This document shows positions 43,423 through 52,621 of a stretch of 64,000 bases of DNA, piece after piece; position 1 is the first letter of the stretch, and each line of letters starts with the position of its first letter. Source of the DNA: Gammaproteobacteria bacterium (GTDB lineage: Bacteria > Pseudomonadota > Gammaproteobacteria > Eutrophobiales > Eutrophobiaceae); contig CBDEUK010000002.1 in the NCBI GenBank assembly GCA_965243205.1, positions 864,001 to 928,000 of the forward strand, read 5' to 3'. The notes beneath the pieces were generated by a model. The model was not told where the DNA came from, ran no database searches, and saw only the letters and a list, made by a program, of their open reading frames with translations. The position numbers and the translations under genes were made by a program.

Positions 43423-44106
43423 ATGTTAGGTTTGCGCCATATTGTTGTTTTTACTACTTTATTTATATCAAACGCTGCTAGTTCTGCTATCGTCCAAACA
43501 TATATATCTAAGTCTGATTTCTTATCGGATACGGGTGCTATAAGCGCTACTGGCGCGCTACCAAATTTAGGCAATGTTGGAACATCCGTCACATTAGGTG
43601 ATATTACCATTACGAATGTGAATGCATCTGCTAATAAAGACATTTTTGTCGGAACAGGTAATGCGACTGACTGGACGACTAGGACTCCAGGCAATGACAT
43701 CGCATTGAGCGGTAATGAAGATTTTAATATTTCTTTAGCGACTGCTGCATTATCTTTTGGCTTTGATGTTGTAGAACCAACAGGGAGTTTAGACATAAGT
43801 GGTTTTACTAATAACTCTATCTTTGAAATATCGCTGTTCAGTGGTGGTTCATCTGGTACGTTGATTGGTAGTGATCAATTTACACTACTAGGAAGTGTAT
43901 TTGGCAATGACTTAGTTGAATTTATTGGCGTTACTGCTGATTCAGCCTTTGATTTTATCACCGTACGAGAAATCGTTTCCCCAGACGGTAATACCAATGA
44001 TTTTTTTGGTGAATTTTATACAGTCGCTGCGGTTCCTATTCCTGCATCAATATGGTTATTCGGAACAGCCATTATTGGATTGATTGGTTTAAATAGAAAA
44101 CCATAA
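43423..44106 (+). CDS. VPLPA-CTERM (PEP-CTERM-like) sorting-signal surface protein
   Basis: Signal peptide; S/T/G/D-rich body; C-terminal AAVPIPASIWLFGTAIIGLIGLNRK. Confidence 0.88.
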   Translation: MLGLRHIVVFTTLFISNAASSAIVQTYISKSDFLSDTGAISATGALPNLGNVGTSVTLGDITITNVNASANKDIFVGTGNATDWTTRTPGNDIALSGNEDFNISLATAALSFGFDVVEPTGSLDISGFTNNSIFEISLFSGGSSGTLIGSDQFTLLGSVFGNDLVEFIGVTADSAFDFITVREIVSPDGNTNDFFGEFYTVAAVPIPASIWLFGTAIIGLIGLNRKP

Positions 44107-44128
44107 TTATTAATAAAAGTATAATTGG

Positions 44129-44156
44129 AAAAGCCCAGAATATTCTGGGCTTTTTT
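44129..44156. terminator. Bidirectional intrinsic terminator
   Basis: AAAAGCCCAGAATATTCTGGGCTTTTTT between convergent genes. Confidence 0.8.
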
Positions 44157-44157
44157 A

Positions 44158-44574
44158 TTACTGCTTAATTAAAGTCGCACAACCTGCCGTCGCTTGCTCC
44201 CAAGACTCAAAATAACAAGCCGATATTTTATTAACTCCTAGTATTCGACCATGGTTATATCCTTTACTATTACTGGCAACCCAAGTAAATGAAATATTAT
44301 CTGGATATATAACGCCAAAAAAATTCTTGGTACCGTCAGGATATGTAAACGTACCTCGAAAACGTCGGTCTTTCTGTTCTGTAATCTCTATAACTTTTTC
44401 ACCCCACTCTTTATAGCCTTTAAGATCGGATACTGTGAGGTTTTTCCCTTTCCAAACACCAACTAAGTTCGGAATATTATTAGATAAATCTGAGCTATGA
44501 TGACTAAACATGATAGATAATAAAGCTATGTTAATAAGCAACATAATTGCAAATAACCAATAGATGATTTTCAT
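44158..44574 (-). CDS. Hypothetical membrane-anchored beta-rich protein
   Basis: N-terminal TM, NLVGVWKG (lipocalin-like start), two C-terminal Cys. Confidence 0.6.
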   Translation of the reverse strand: MKIIYWLFAIMLLINIALLSIMFSHHSSDLSNNIPNLVGVWKGKNLTVSDLKGYKEWGEKVIEITEQKDRRFRGTFTYPDGTKNFFGVIYPDNISFTWVASNSKGYNHGRILGVNKISACYFESWEQATAGCATLIKQ

Positions 44575-44616
44575 TTTAAAGCCTCATTTTTTATCTATAT
44601 AAAATTTATTATTAGT

Positions 44617-45621
44617 TTAACGTAAATCTTGCCCAAACATCATACGTAAAAACTGTTTTCTGTCTGTTTTATTATTACGACGATAGAAATTATATTGAGC
44701 ATGTTTTGATTGTTCATTTGAATTGAACTCAATTCCCCATAACGGTTTATTAGAGTTGGGTAATAAAGCATAACGCATGTCACCAATCACGGAATTATTG
44801 TCAGGTGCTAATGCAATATAACCATCGGAAAATTTAGTAAAACGTTTAATATCATTTGCTAGTACTGAGTTTTTATCTAAATCTGGCAATACTAAATTTG
44901 GATCAAATTTCTCAGAACTATCTCCTTCGTATATTCTTTGTTTCCAGCTGACATGAATTGCATCCATATAATACATATTTTCATATTCATAAACGCTTCG
45001 CCACAAGAATAACGTTAATGGGCTTGGTTTTACTAATAACCTTTGTGCTGTATGACCACGATTATCTACTAACTCTTCAGCAACAGAAGTCGCTCGTTGC
45101 AATTGTATAAAACCAACACTTAGATATACGATACAAAACATTAATCCAATCCCAGCTATTTTAGGCATACTTTTTATAAAACAAAAAATGACGGCTATCA
45201 GTAAAGACAATGTAAAAATAACATCAACAATACCAATAAGATGTAAAGCCAAACGTTCATCCACTACTGGCCATAACCAATAGGTTCCATAACTGGTAAA
45301 TAAATCCAAAGTACCACTGAATAAATAACCTAATAATGAATAATAATATAAGCGTTTAAAACCAAGAGACTTTCTAAAAAAAAGATATAACAGAATAGTG
45401 GCAATTAAAGCGCCTATCGGAATAAAAAAAATCGAATGAGTAAAGTGACGATGATATTCAATACTTAATAATGAATCAGTCGAAGAACGAATGAATAAAA
45501 TATCTGTATCGGCTAATAGGCCTGATAAAAACCCGATAACCGTAGCCTGTTTTATTTCTTTCGATTTTGCTCCAAATTGAGCAACTGCGGAACCAAGTAA
45601 ACCTTGTGTTAAAATATCCAT
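44617..45621 (-). CDS. YdjM-like inner-membrane metal-dependent hydrolase
   Basis: MDILTQGLLG, LADTD, YHRHFTHS, LDLFTSYGT. Confidence 0.85.
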   Translation of the reverse strand: MDILTQGLLGSAVAQFGAKSKEIKQATVIGFLSGLLADTDILFIRSSTDSLLSIEYHRHFTHSIFFIPIGALIATILLYLFFRKSLGFKRLYYYSLLGYLFSGTLDLFTSYGTYWLWPVVDERLALHLIGIVDVIFTLSLLIAVIFCFIKSMPKIAGIGLMFCIVYLSVGFIQLQRATSVAEELVDNRGHTAQRLLVKPSPLTLFLWRSVYEYENMYYMDAIHVSWKQRIYEGDSSEKFDPNLVLPDLDKNSVLANDIKRFTKFSDGYIALAPDNNSVIGDMRYALLPNSNKPLWGIEFNSNEQSKHAQYNFYRRNNKTDRKQFLRMMFGQDLR

Positions 45622-45711
45622 AAATTATGAAGAAACTATATAGAATGATAAATTAAAAAACTGTAACGCATGGTTAATATTATATAAAGAATCATTTTTT
45701 ATAATAGGATT

Positions 45712-45771
45712 TAAAGCTCATCAGCTTTTATCTCCCTTCCACGGAGCTTGCCCCCCACAAGCTCCTTTTTT
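45712..45771 (+). ncRNA. Candidate small RNA
   Basis: TATAAT at 45700-45705, hairpin AAAGCT-CATC-AGCTTT, C-rich linker, and a plus-strand terminator GGAGCTTG..CAAGCTCC-TTTTTT between two minus-strand genes. Confidence 0.4.
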
Positions 45772-45802
45772 ATTCATCTAAAAACATTACAAACTCAATC
45801 TA

Positions 45803-46081
45803 TTAAGTATTATTAGTTTTCGTAGAACTATGTATTTGTTCTATCTTTTCTAGAAAAGACAATTTTTCTTTATTGTTCGTTGCTTCGAGTGAAAACTTAT
45901 TATGAAAAAAGATAGTGAGGCTTACATAATCATTCTTGATAACAATTGTATAACCGTCAAAATCGCTTTTGGCTGTTAAACCGTTGTATTGATATTCATT
46001 ACCATTTTTTTGTCCTAGACTAGTAATAGTATTAAATACCGATAAAGATTTTTTTATATTGACTTCGTCGTTCTCTAACAT
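45803..46081 (-). CDS. DUF3081-like small protein
   Basis: GLTAKSDFDGYT, LTIFFHNKF; family recalled from memory. Confidence 0.65.
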   Translation of the reverse strand: MLENDEVNIKKSLSVFNTITSLGQKNGNEYQYNGLTAKSDFDGYTIVIKNDYVSLTIFFHNKFSLEATNNKEKLSFLEKIEQIHSSTKTNNT

Positions 46082-46169
46082 AATTTATATGGATTAGTAT
46101 AAATACGCCTTAAGAATAAACAATAATTTAAGAACAGACTTATAGTCAAATTAATAAAAATTTATTAAT

Positions 46170-47309
46170 TTATTTTCTTGGAACAAATGGATATAAGGTT
46201 TGACCTATGACCGTTTTAGGTAAAGGTTTCGTGGTCCCATAATCTGCCGGCCAATGTTCATCAGGTAAATGATAAGTACCAAACAACCAATCAAAAATTA
46301 CCGTATGAGCTGAATAGTTAGTATCAATAGCTGGTTTCTCAGAACTATGATGCCAATGATGAAATTGTGGTGTCACAAATATGTATTTTAGAAAACCAAA
46401 CGAAACACTTAAATTACAATGGATCAATACAGCCTGTAAGGCTGCAAACGTAACGTAAATATTTAGAGCGCTCTGCTCAACACCTAATAAATATAAAGGA
46501 ACCATTACCATTGCTCTTTCAGAGAACACTTGAATAAAATGCCCTCTGGAACCTGCTAACCAATCTAAATTTTCGACCGAATGATGAACCGCATGGATTG
46601 GCCATAAAAGTTTAATTTCATGATACGCGCGATGTTCCCAATACAGTACAAAATCAGCGGCTAAAATAATAATAATGACTTGAATAGCAATAGGAATGGT
46701 TTGAATAAATTCTTGTAACGATGGATTAACTGCCCAATCAAAACGGCTTACATGATAGTTTGCATAGATCAATATCGCTGAAATCATCAAATGATTAAAG
46801 CAAAAATAAAAAAGATCCAAACTCCATTCATCTCGTAAAATAACTTGGTTCTTATATTTAGGAAATAATTTCTCCAACGTTGTGAAGATTATGACTGAAC
46901 CTAAAAAAGCTAATATCATCCAGTCGACACCTAAGGACAAACGATTTGCTTCAATAGATTGCAGAGGAACTGAATAACCACCTAAGGCAAAAGCCGCTAA
47001 TGTAATCAAAATAGCAACACAGCCCATGATCTTGTATTGACGTTTACTAAAAAAGAACGTTAATGCTCCAAAAAACAAAGAAAAATACATTGTGTATTTT
47101 AAAACATTCTGAAGAAAGACTGCGCTATATGCTTGTCGTAATTCTTGAGTTGTTAGATATTGAGGAAATAAATAACAAAGTACAGATAAGAAGCTAATAA
47201 CACTTAAGGTCATAGAAAGATAGGCGCTTATCTTTCCTTCGCCAATTCGAAATTGTCGTTCTCTATCTACCTCAACAGTTCTATCACGATATTGATATTC
47301 ATTATCCAT
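46170..47309 (-). CDS. Sterol desaturase/fatty acid hydroxylase family membrane di-iron enzyme
   Basis: His boxes YWEHRAYH, HAVHHS, HCN, FHHWHH; multiple TM segments. Confidence 0.9.
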   Translation of the reverse strand: MDNEYQYRDRTVEVDRERQFRIGEGKISAYLSMTLSVISFLSVLCYLFPQYLTTQELRQAYSAVFLQNVLKYTMYFSLFFGALTFFFSKRQYKIMGCVAILITLAAFALGGYSVPLQSIEANRLSLGVDWMILAFLGSVIIFTTLEKLFPKYKNQVILRDEWSLDLFYFCFNHLMISAILIYANYHVSRFDWAVNPSLQEFIQTIPIAIQVIIIILAADFVLYWEHRAYHEIKLLWPIHAVHHSVENLDWLAGSRGHFIQVFSERAMVMVPLYLLGVEQSALNIYVTFAALQAVLIHCNLSVSFGFLKYIFVTPQFHHWHHSSEKPAIDTNYSAHTVIFDWLFGTYHLPDEHWPADYGTTKPLPKTVIGQTLYPFVPRK

Positions 47310-47321
47310 GAATGAATTTTA

Positions 47322-47361
47322 TCTAATGTTAATATCATTTAACAGTGATATTAACATTAGA
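47322..47361. repeat. Perfect 16-bp inverted repeat with 8-nt loop
   Basis: TCTAATGTTAATATCA-N8-TGATATTAACATTAGA. Confidence 0.85.
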
Positions 47362-47374
47362 ATAAGATAAAAAG

Positions 47375-47893
47375 TTATTTATGGTTATTAAGGAATTCAG
47401 CTAAAGCTCCATGAGAAAATCGATAATCTTGATTACTCAATGGTTGATGGCAAGTTGCACAATCTAAATTATTATCTTTAGGTGTACCATCTGTATTATA
47501 GATCGCAAACCCCCAATCTCCAGCTAATTCATTTTTACTCAAGGCACCGTTCCAATCATTTCTTTTTTCCATAACGGCAACCGCGGCTAATTTTCCTTTT
47601 TCAAACAAACCATCTAAGTTCTTCATAGGATTTCCATCAGCATCTAATTTTAGTTTATAAACTTCCATCACAACTTTTGAACCATTATCTAAATTATTCG
47701 CGTCAACGGAATTCACTGCAGCTTGATTAGCATACAAAACAGCAAGTTGCTTACCATTCATACGGTTTCGAGTATCATAATAGGTAAAATCTTGTTTATA
47801 ATTAGTAGGATATTTAACTTGGTCAGGGTTGCCGCCTGCAATGGCAACTATACTCATTAAAAATAGTAAACAACTCAAAGTAACTTTTTTCAT
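47375..47893 (-). CDS. Cytochrome P460/c'-beta family periplasmic monoheme cytochrome
   Basis: Signal peptide, YPTNYK, LYANQAA, GSKVVMEVY, GDWGFA, C-terminal CATCH, DYRFS. Confidence 0.85.
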   Translation of the reverse strand: MKKVTLSCLLFLMSIVAIAGGNPDQVKYPTNYKQDFTYYDTRNRMNGKQLAVLYANQAAVNSVDANNLDNGSKVVMEVYKLKLDADGNPMKNLDGLFEKGKLAAVAVMEKRNDWNGALSKNELAGDWGFAIYNTDGTPKDNNLDCATCHQPLSNQDYRFSHGALAEFLNNHK

Positions 47894-47986
47894 CGTAGTC
47901 TCCTCTTCTGCAAGAATGATTAATTTGTGCTAAAATATTTCGTACACTAAATTATATCAAAGTATAAACAACTAAATTAATATTGC

Positions 47987-48010
47987 AACTATTTAGTGCA
48001 CTAAATAGTT
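47987..48010. promoter_or_regulatory. Perfect 24-bp palindrome, probable MarR/OhrR operator (second imperfect copy at 47937-47952)
   Basis: AACTATTTAGTGCACTAAATAGTT; second copy ATTTCGTACACTAAAT. Confidence 0.75.
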
Positions 48011-48024
48011 TTTAGGAATTAATA

Positions 48025-48453
48025 ATGGGACCAAAATTAGAAGAGCAACTTTGCTATTCTCTCTACTCAACTTCACGAGCGGTAACTCAAGCGTACAAAT
48101 CACTACTAGATCCACTCAACCTTACTTATCCTCAATACGTCGTCATGATGGCTTTATGGGAAAAACAGTCCGTCACAATAACTCATATTGCTGAAACAAC
48201 AGGACTATCTAATGCAACGCTCACTCCTTTACTAAAACGTTTAGAAAAGAATGGATTTATTAAACGAAAATCCATTCAAAACGATGAGAGACAAAAAGTG
48301 ATTGAATTAACCAGTAAAGGAAAAACATTAGCAATAAAAGCCGACAAAGCTGCCACACAAGCATTATGTGCAACAGGTTTAAATCAAACAGACGTAAAAA
48401 AAATTATGTCTCTTTGCGACTTGATAAAGACAAATCTAAACAACCACAATTAA
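48025..48453 (+). CDS. MarR-family regulator, OhrR-like
   Basis: LEEQLCYSLY (sensing Cys), LTYPQYVVM, TLTPLLKRLE, DER; two further C-terminal Cys. Confidence 0.85.
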   Translation: MGPKLEEQLCYSLYSTSRAVTQAYKSLLDPLNLTYPQYVVMMALWEKQSVTITHIAETTGLSNATLTPLLKRLEKNGFIKRKSIQNDERQKVIELTSKGKTLAIKADKAATQALCATGLNQTDVKKIMSLCDLIKTNLNNHN

Positions 48454-48497
48454 TCTCAAAAAAACTTATGTTTAGTAAGTCGTATTTATAAATATGA

Positions 48498-48953
48498 TTA
48501 TTTTAAATCGCCTACAATGTTAATGCTGCCTACCATACCTTTTTCTTCATGGTCGTGTTTATGGCAAAATAACCTTAAATCTTTTCCCTTGGTCATTGGA
48601 AAGAAAAACCACTCAATACTTGAGCCAGGTTTTAATTCAATGTCGTGAACTGAGCCATGTATTTCAACTGCCGTATTACCATCTTTTCCAATCACTTCGA
48701 CTTTACGAGTAAAAATATGAGTCGCAAATGCGTCTGATGTAAAGTAATGATCCTCATCACTTGGATTAGTAATCACTAATTTATAATATTTACCTCGTTC
48801 GAAAGTTAATGTGTTGGGTGAAAAGACTTTCTTGTTATCTTTTGTACCAGCAGTTATTACAACTTCTTCAGCTTTAGGTCCATGTGGCTTTTCTGCAGAG
48901 ACAATTGGTGAAAATAAAAGTGATATTAAGAATGTGTAGAATATATTTTTCAT
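48498..48953 (-). CDS. Exported cupredoxin (type-1 copper) protein
   Basis: Signal peptide; FSPNTL; upstream His (DHYF) and C-x4-H-x4-M (CHKHDHEEKGM). Confidence 0.8.
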   Translation of the reverse strand: MKNIFYTFLISLLFSPIVSAEKPHGPKAEEVVITAGTKDNKKVFSPNTLTFERGKYYKLVITNPSDEDHYFTSDAFATHIFTRKVEVIGKDGNTAVEIHGSVHDIELKPGSSIEWFFFPMTKGKDLRLFCHKHDHEEKGMVGSINIVGDLK

Positions 48954-49028
48954 GAGTTTGCAAACCTTTTTATAAATATAAATTAAAATTATAGCAGTTA
49001 ACTTTGTGAAACACAGTCTACAAAGATA

Positions 49029-49430
49029 TTAATAATAGCCACCCTTTGATTCAAACCAATTATTATATGCCTTTAACTCAGCTTTATTCACATTGATTAA
49101 TTGAATAAAGCTTGCACCCCAATGTTTAAAACCTTTGTGAGAAATAGCTACATGCAGTGTTCCTTCTGGAAAACCCAATAGATTATCACTAGGCAAAATT
49201 ACTAGTTCAGATTCATTAATATACTCAGGTATTTTGTGAAATATATTTGAATACAAACTGATATGAACACCAATAGAGTCTGTTTGAATAATTTTAACAA
49301 TCACATAACTATTATTTTCATGCGGCACGCTATATAAACCACCAATTTTCAAATCTTCTGCAAAACTCAATAATGAAAAACTCAAACCAATAAATAGTAT
49401 TAAATGTTTTTTTACTTTAGAAACTATCAT
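49029..49430 (-). CDS. Hypothetical exported protein
   Basis: Signal peptide ending SFA; 4-bp overlap with the AraC gene. Confidence 0.6.
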   Translation of the reverse strand: MIVSKVKKHLILFIGLSFSLLSFAEDLKIGGLYSVPHENNSYVIVKIIQTDSIGVHISLYSNIFHKIPEYINESELVILPSDNLLGFPEGTLHVAISHKGFKHWGASFIQLINVNKAELKAYNNWFESKGGYY

Positions 49431-50338
49431 TTAGTTTTTTTATTTCTTGCCTCACCTGGACCAATACCAATCACACGTTTAAAGGCTTTAGCAAACGCAG
49501 CTTCAGATTCATAACCACAACGCTCTGCCACTTCTAAAACACTAATTTCTTCTTGTAACCATTGCCAAGCTATTTGCATGCGCCAGCGGGTTAAATAATC
49601 AATGGGGGATTCATTTAAATATTTTTTGAATTGTTCAGAAAATGCCGAACGAGACATATTGGCAACTTTTGCTAATTTATCAACACTCCATTTGGCTTCG
49701 GGTTGTGTATGAATTGCATCAAGTGCCTTTGAAAGTTTTGGGTTTGCTAATGCTGCAGCCAAGCCCGTCACTTGTTTTGATTCTGTAATAAATTCTCGCA
49801 GAATTAAAATGAATAATGATTCAGTCGAACGATTAATCGCTGCTTGGCTACCAGCTAACGGTGATAAAGATTCAGCCCGGATAAAATCTAATAACGAAGA
49901 AAAAGAATTACCATTTTTCTGATGATTGCTACGTTTGATTAATATCTCAGGCAAAACATCAATCAATGGATTATTGACCAAATGGGTAAAACGGAAATAA
50001 CCACATAATAATCCTACACCATCATCAGCTAGACCTTGCTCATAATCTATAGCATTTTTTTGATTCACTTCTGCTGCACATGCGAAATTAGATTCCAAAC
50101 GATGAGGAGCATCATGTGGAAACATCACAAAATCACCTGCTTTTAAAGATTCAGGTTCATCTAGAGATTCAGTAGTCACCACACAATCACCGTGTACTAC
50201 CAAATGAAAGCTGACTTGACGACTGCCTGACGTATCGATCGCCCAATCACCACAATATTGTGCATTATTAATAATTTCGACCTGCAGACGAAACGTATCC
50301 AGAATCGTACTTAAGGTATCCATCTTAGTTAAACCCAT
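49427..50338 (-). CDS. AraC-family regulator with N-terminal cupin (RclR-like); start possibly 50323
   Basis: MDTLS, FHLVVHGDC, LLCGYF, MSRSAF, YLTRWRM, GYESEAAFAKAFKR. Confidence 0.9.
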   Translation of the reverse strand: MGLTKMDTLSTILDTFRLQVEIINNAQYCGDWAIDTSGSRQVSFHLVVHGDCVVTTESLDEPESLKAGDFVMFPHDAPHRLESNFACAAEVNQKNAIDYEQGLADDGVGLLCGYFRFTHLVNNPLIDVLPEILIKRSNHQKNGNSFSSLLDFIRAESLSPLAGSQAAINRSTESLFILILREFITESKQVTGLAAALANPKLSKALDAIHTQPEAKWSVDKLAKVANMSRSAFSEQFKKYLNESPIDYLTRWRMQIAWQWLQEEISVLEVAERCGYESEAAFAKAFKRVIGIGPGEARNKKTK

Positions 50339-50492
50339 TTTTAGACCTCTTTCGATTCTGGACGATCAGACATATTTTGTGGAATTACAAACATATTCAA
50401 TTACTTTCAGCATCACTATTATTCTTACCGTGATTTTAAAACATTCGATGAATAATTTTTAACTTTAATTAACCCTATATAGGAGATGCAAC

Positions 50493-50945
50493 ATGAAAAA
50501 ATTAATCACTTCATTATTACTAAGTTTAGTAAGCCTAGCTTCATTCGCTGGAGTAGATACAGAAACCGATGAAAACGGTGTCATACTCGCAGGCCATGAT
50601 ACCGTTGCATATCACACAGAAAATAAACCTGTGTTAGGTAGTGCTGATATTACCGCAGTATACCAAAATGCGATCTATCGTTTCAGCTCAGAGAAAAACC
50701 GTGATCTATTTGTCGGGAATCCTGAAAAATACGCTCCTGCTTATGGTGGTTATTGTGCCCTAGGTGCTTCGTTTGGTAAAAAATTCGAAGTTGATGGTAA
50801 AGCTTTCGAAGTCGTAAATGGTCAGCTTTATGTCAATAAAAATTTAAGTGTCTATGAAACATGGAAAAAAGATGTTCCAGGTAATATTCAAAAAGCGAAT
50901 ACTCATTGGCCTAACATCCGCAACAAAGCAGCTAGCGATTTATAA
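50493..50945 (+). CDS. Exported YHS-domain protein (Cys form)
   Basis: Signal peptide, GHDTVAYH, YRFSS, PEKYAPAYGGYCA, NGQLY. Confidence 0.85.
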   Translation: MKKLITSLLLSLVSLASFAGVDTETDENGVILAGHDTVAYHTENKPVLGSADITAVYQNAIYRFSSEKNRDLFVGNPEKYAPAYGGYCALGASFGKKFEVDGKAFEVVNGQLYVNKNLSVYETWKKDVPGNIQKANTHWPNIRNKAASDL

Positions 50946-50967
50946 GATATTTTTATACAAATATATT

Positions 50968-50992
50968 AAAGGCCAGGAAACTGGCCTTTTTT
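50968..50992 (+). terminator. Intrinsic terminator
   Basis: AAAGGCCAG-GAAA-CTGGCCTTTTTT. Confidence 0.8.
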
Positions 50993-51030
50993 ATTATCCT
51001 TGAAAATTATTTTGATATTAAAACCTTTAC

Positions 51031-52497
51031 TTAAAATCGAAAAATATATTTAATCGGTCTAATAATAATGAAATCAATAATATAATAGATAAATAAAACA
51101 ATAGCTTTGAGTATTTTATATATCCCAATCAAGCAGAATAATAAAAAGCAGAATGAGCCTGCTATAGGTAAAAACAAAAATAAGAAAAGCGTCCTATGGA
51201 TAAACCATAAACAATAATAAATAAAACTGTTTGAGTATTGTCCTTTTAACTTTAAAAACCAAATCTTATTCCATATTTCAAAACTGAATGACAAACAAAT
51301 CAAGCCTGATATAAATGAAATGATAAAATATAATGAAACATCTGAAGGAATATTTGGAAAAATTCTTCTATCTAATTCTTTAGAGCGTTCTTGATCCGGT
51401 CGGATAATTTGTATAGATCGCAATGATAAATCTGCAAGAGTATGTGTCACTTCGAGAGCACTTACATCATCGCTCAAAACTGTATGTTCTGGAAGTGGTT
51501 CAGAAAATTTCGCTTCTATTAAGGTTTGCGATTGGCCTGAAGGGTGTATTTCAACATCAACTGAACGTTTTTTATCTAATAGCTTTTGAAAAAAATCATT
51601 GGTATTAAAATGCATAAAGTTGTTTGCATATTGCTCTTTCAAATGTTTCGTCATTTTTTTAATCGAAGATTGATTTTGAGCATCCAGAATGACTAAGTTA
51701 ATATCGTTTTTTTCTGCGATCGTTTTCAAATTTGAAATTGAGACTGCTTTAGAGTTTTTACCAGCGACAGATATTGAATCACCAACTATGTTTGACGGTA
51801 TCACCACCGTTTGAAAACGAAACTTCTGTAGATCCCTTTCAAGATCGTCTATATGAACATCATAGCTATTTACAGTATCATTTAATTTTTTTGTTTTAAC
51901 CGAACCACTTGTTTTAAGGGAGAGTATATTTACAGGTTGAGATGACCACGGACGTTGAAGATGCCAAAGATTTTTTTTGAGAGCATCTAAATTTTTTACC
52001 GTTAAACTAATATTGTTTTTGCCAATGCGCCATGTATCTGTTTTTGTTAATTCATATAAAATATTGTTATCTTTTATATAAATAGGAATATCTTTAGGTA
52101 AATTATCGAATGAATTTAATGAATTAGGTAATCGATATTTATCTATCACAAGAACTGCTTTTTGGCCTTGAGGAATTGCAGTAGAAAAACCATTTATAGC
52201 ATCTGATTGGCGAATTATCGCATTGTCAGGAGATTTGAAATTCCAATTCCCATTACTGTCAGCGGTTGCATGAACCACAAAAGCCTGTTGATTATCTGGT
52301 AAATCAAAATCCAGTTTATTAATCGCCAAACCATCGACATCTAACTTGCTCAGAGAACCTGCATCATCGACATCTGCTTTTTTACCTGCTTTCGAAAGCC
52401 CTTTTAATATAGAGAAAATACCCGCCTCTGAAGAAAGTGGTATAAGCAAACATAAGATAAGAACACTTTTGAAAGAGATAAGTCTTTGTTGATTCAA
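51031..52497 (-). CDS. Hypothetical exported protein with C-terminal membrane anchors
   Basis: 488-aa ORF; signal peptide ending SEA; 2-3 C-terminal hydrophobic helices. Confidence 0.65.
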   Translation of the reverse strand: MNQQRLISFKSVLILCLLIPLSSEAGIFSILKGLSKAGKKADVDDAGSLSKLDVDGLAINKLDFDLPDNQQAFVVHATADSNGNWNFKSPDNAIIRQSDAINGFSTAIPQGQKAVLVIDKYRLPNSLNSFDNLPKDIPIYIKDNNILYELTKTDTWRIGKNNISLTVKNLDALKKNLWHLQRPWSSQPVNILSLKTSGSVKTKKLNDTVNSYDVHIDDLERDLQKFRFQTVVIPSNIVGDSISVAGKNSKAVSISNLKTIAEKNDINLVILDAQNQSSIKKMTKHLKEQYANNFMHFNTNDFFQKLLDKKRSVDVEIHPSGQSQTLIEAKFSEPLPEHTVLSDDVSALEVTHTLADLSLRSIQIIRPDQERSKELDRRIFPNIPSDVSLYFIISFISGLICLSFSFEIWNKIWFLKLKGQYSNSFIYYCLWFIHRTLFLFLFLPIAGSFCFLLFCLIGIYKILKAIVLFIYYIIDFIIIRPIKYIFRF

Positions 52498-52621
52498 CTT
52501 TATACATGCTCCGTCAATTAATTAAAATAATTTAGTATAGCTAAAAATAATTAATTCGCTAAAACAATAAAAATATTATGACAGAGTTTTCTAATCTAGA
52601 GAGGTAGGATTTAATATAACT

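Noticed and set aside
50493-50945. Selenoprotein (UGA read-through) in the YHS gene
   Set aside because: The GGYC position is an ordinary TGT Cys codon; there is no in-frame TGA.
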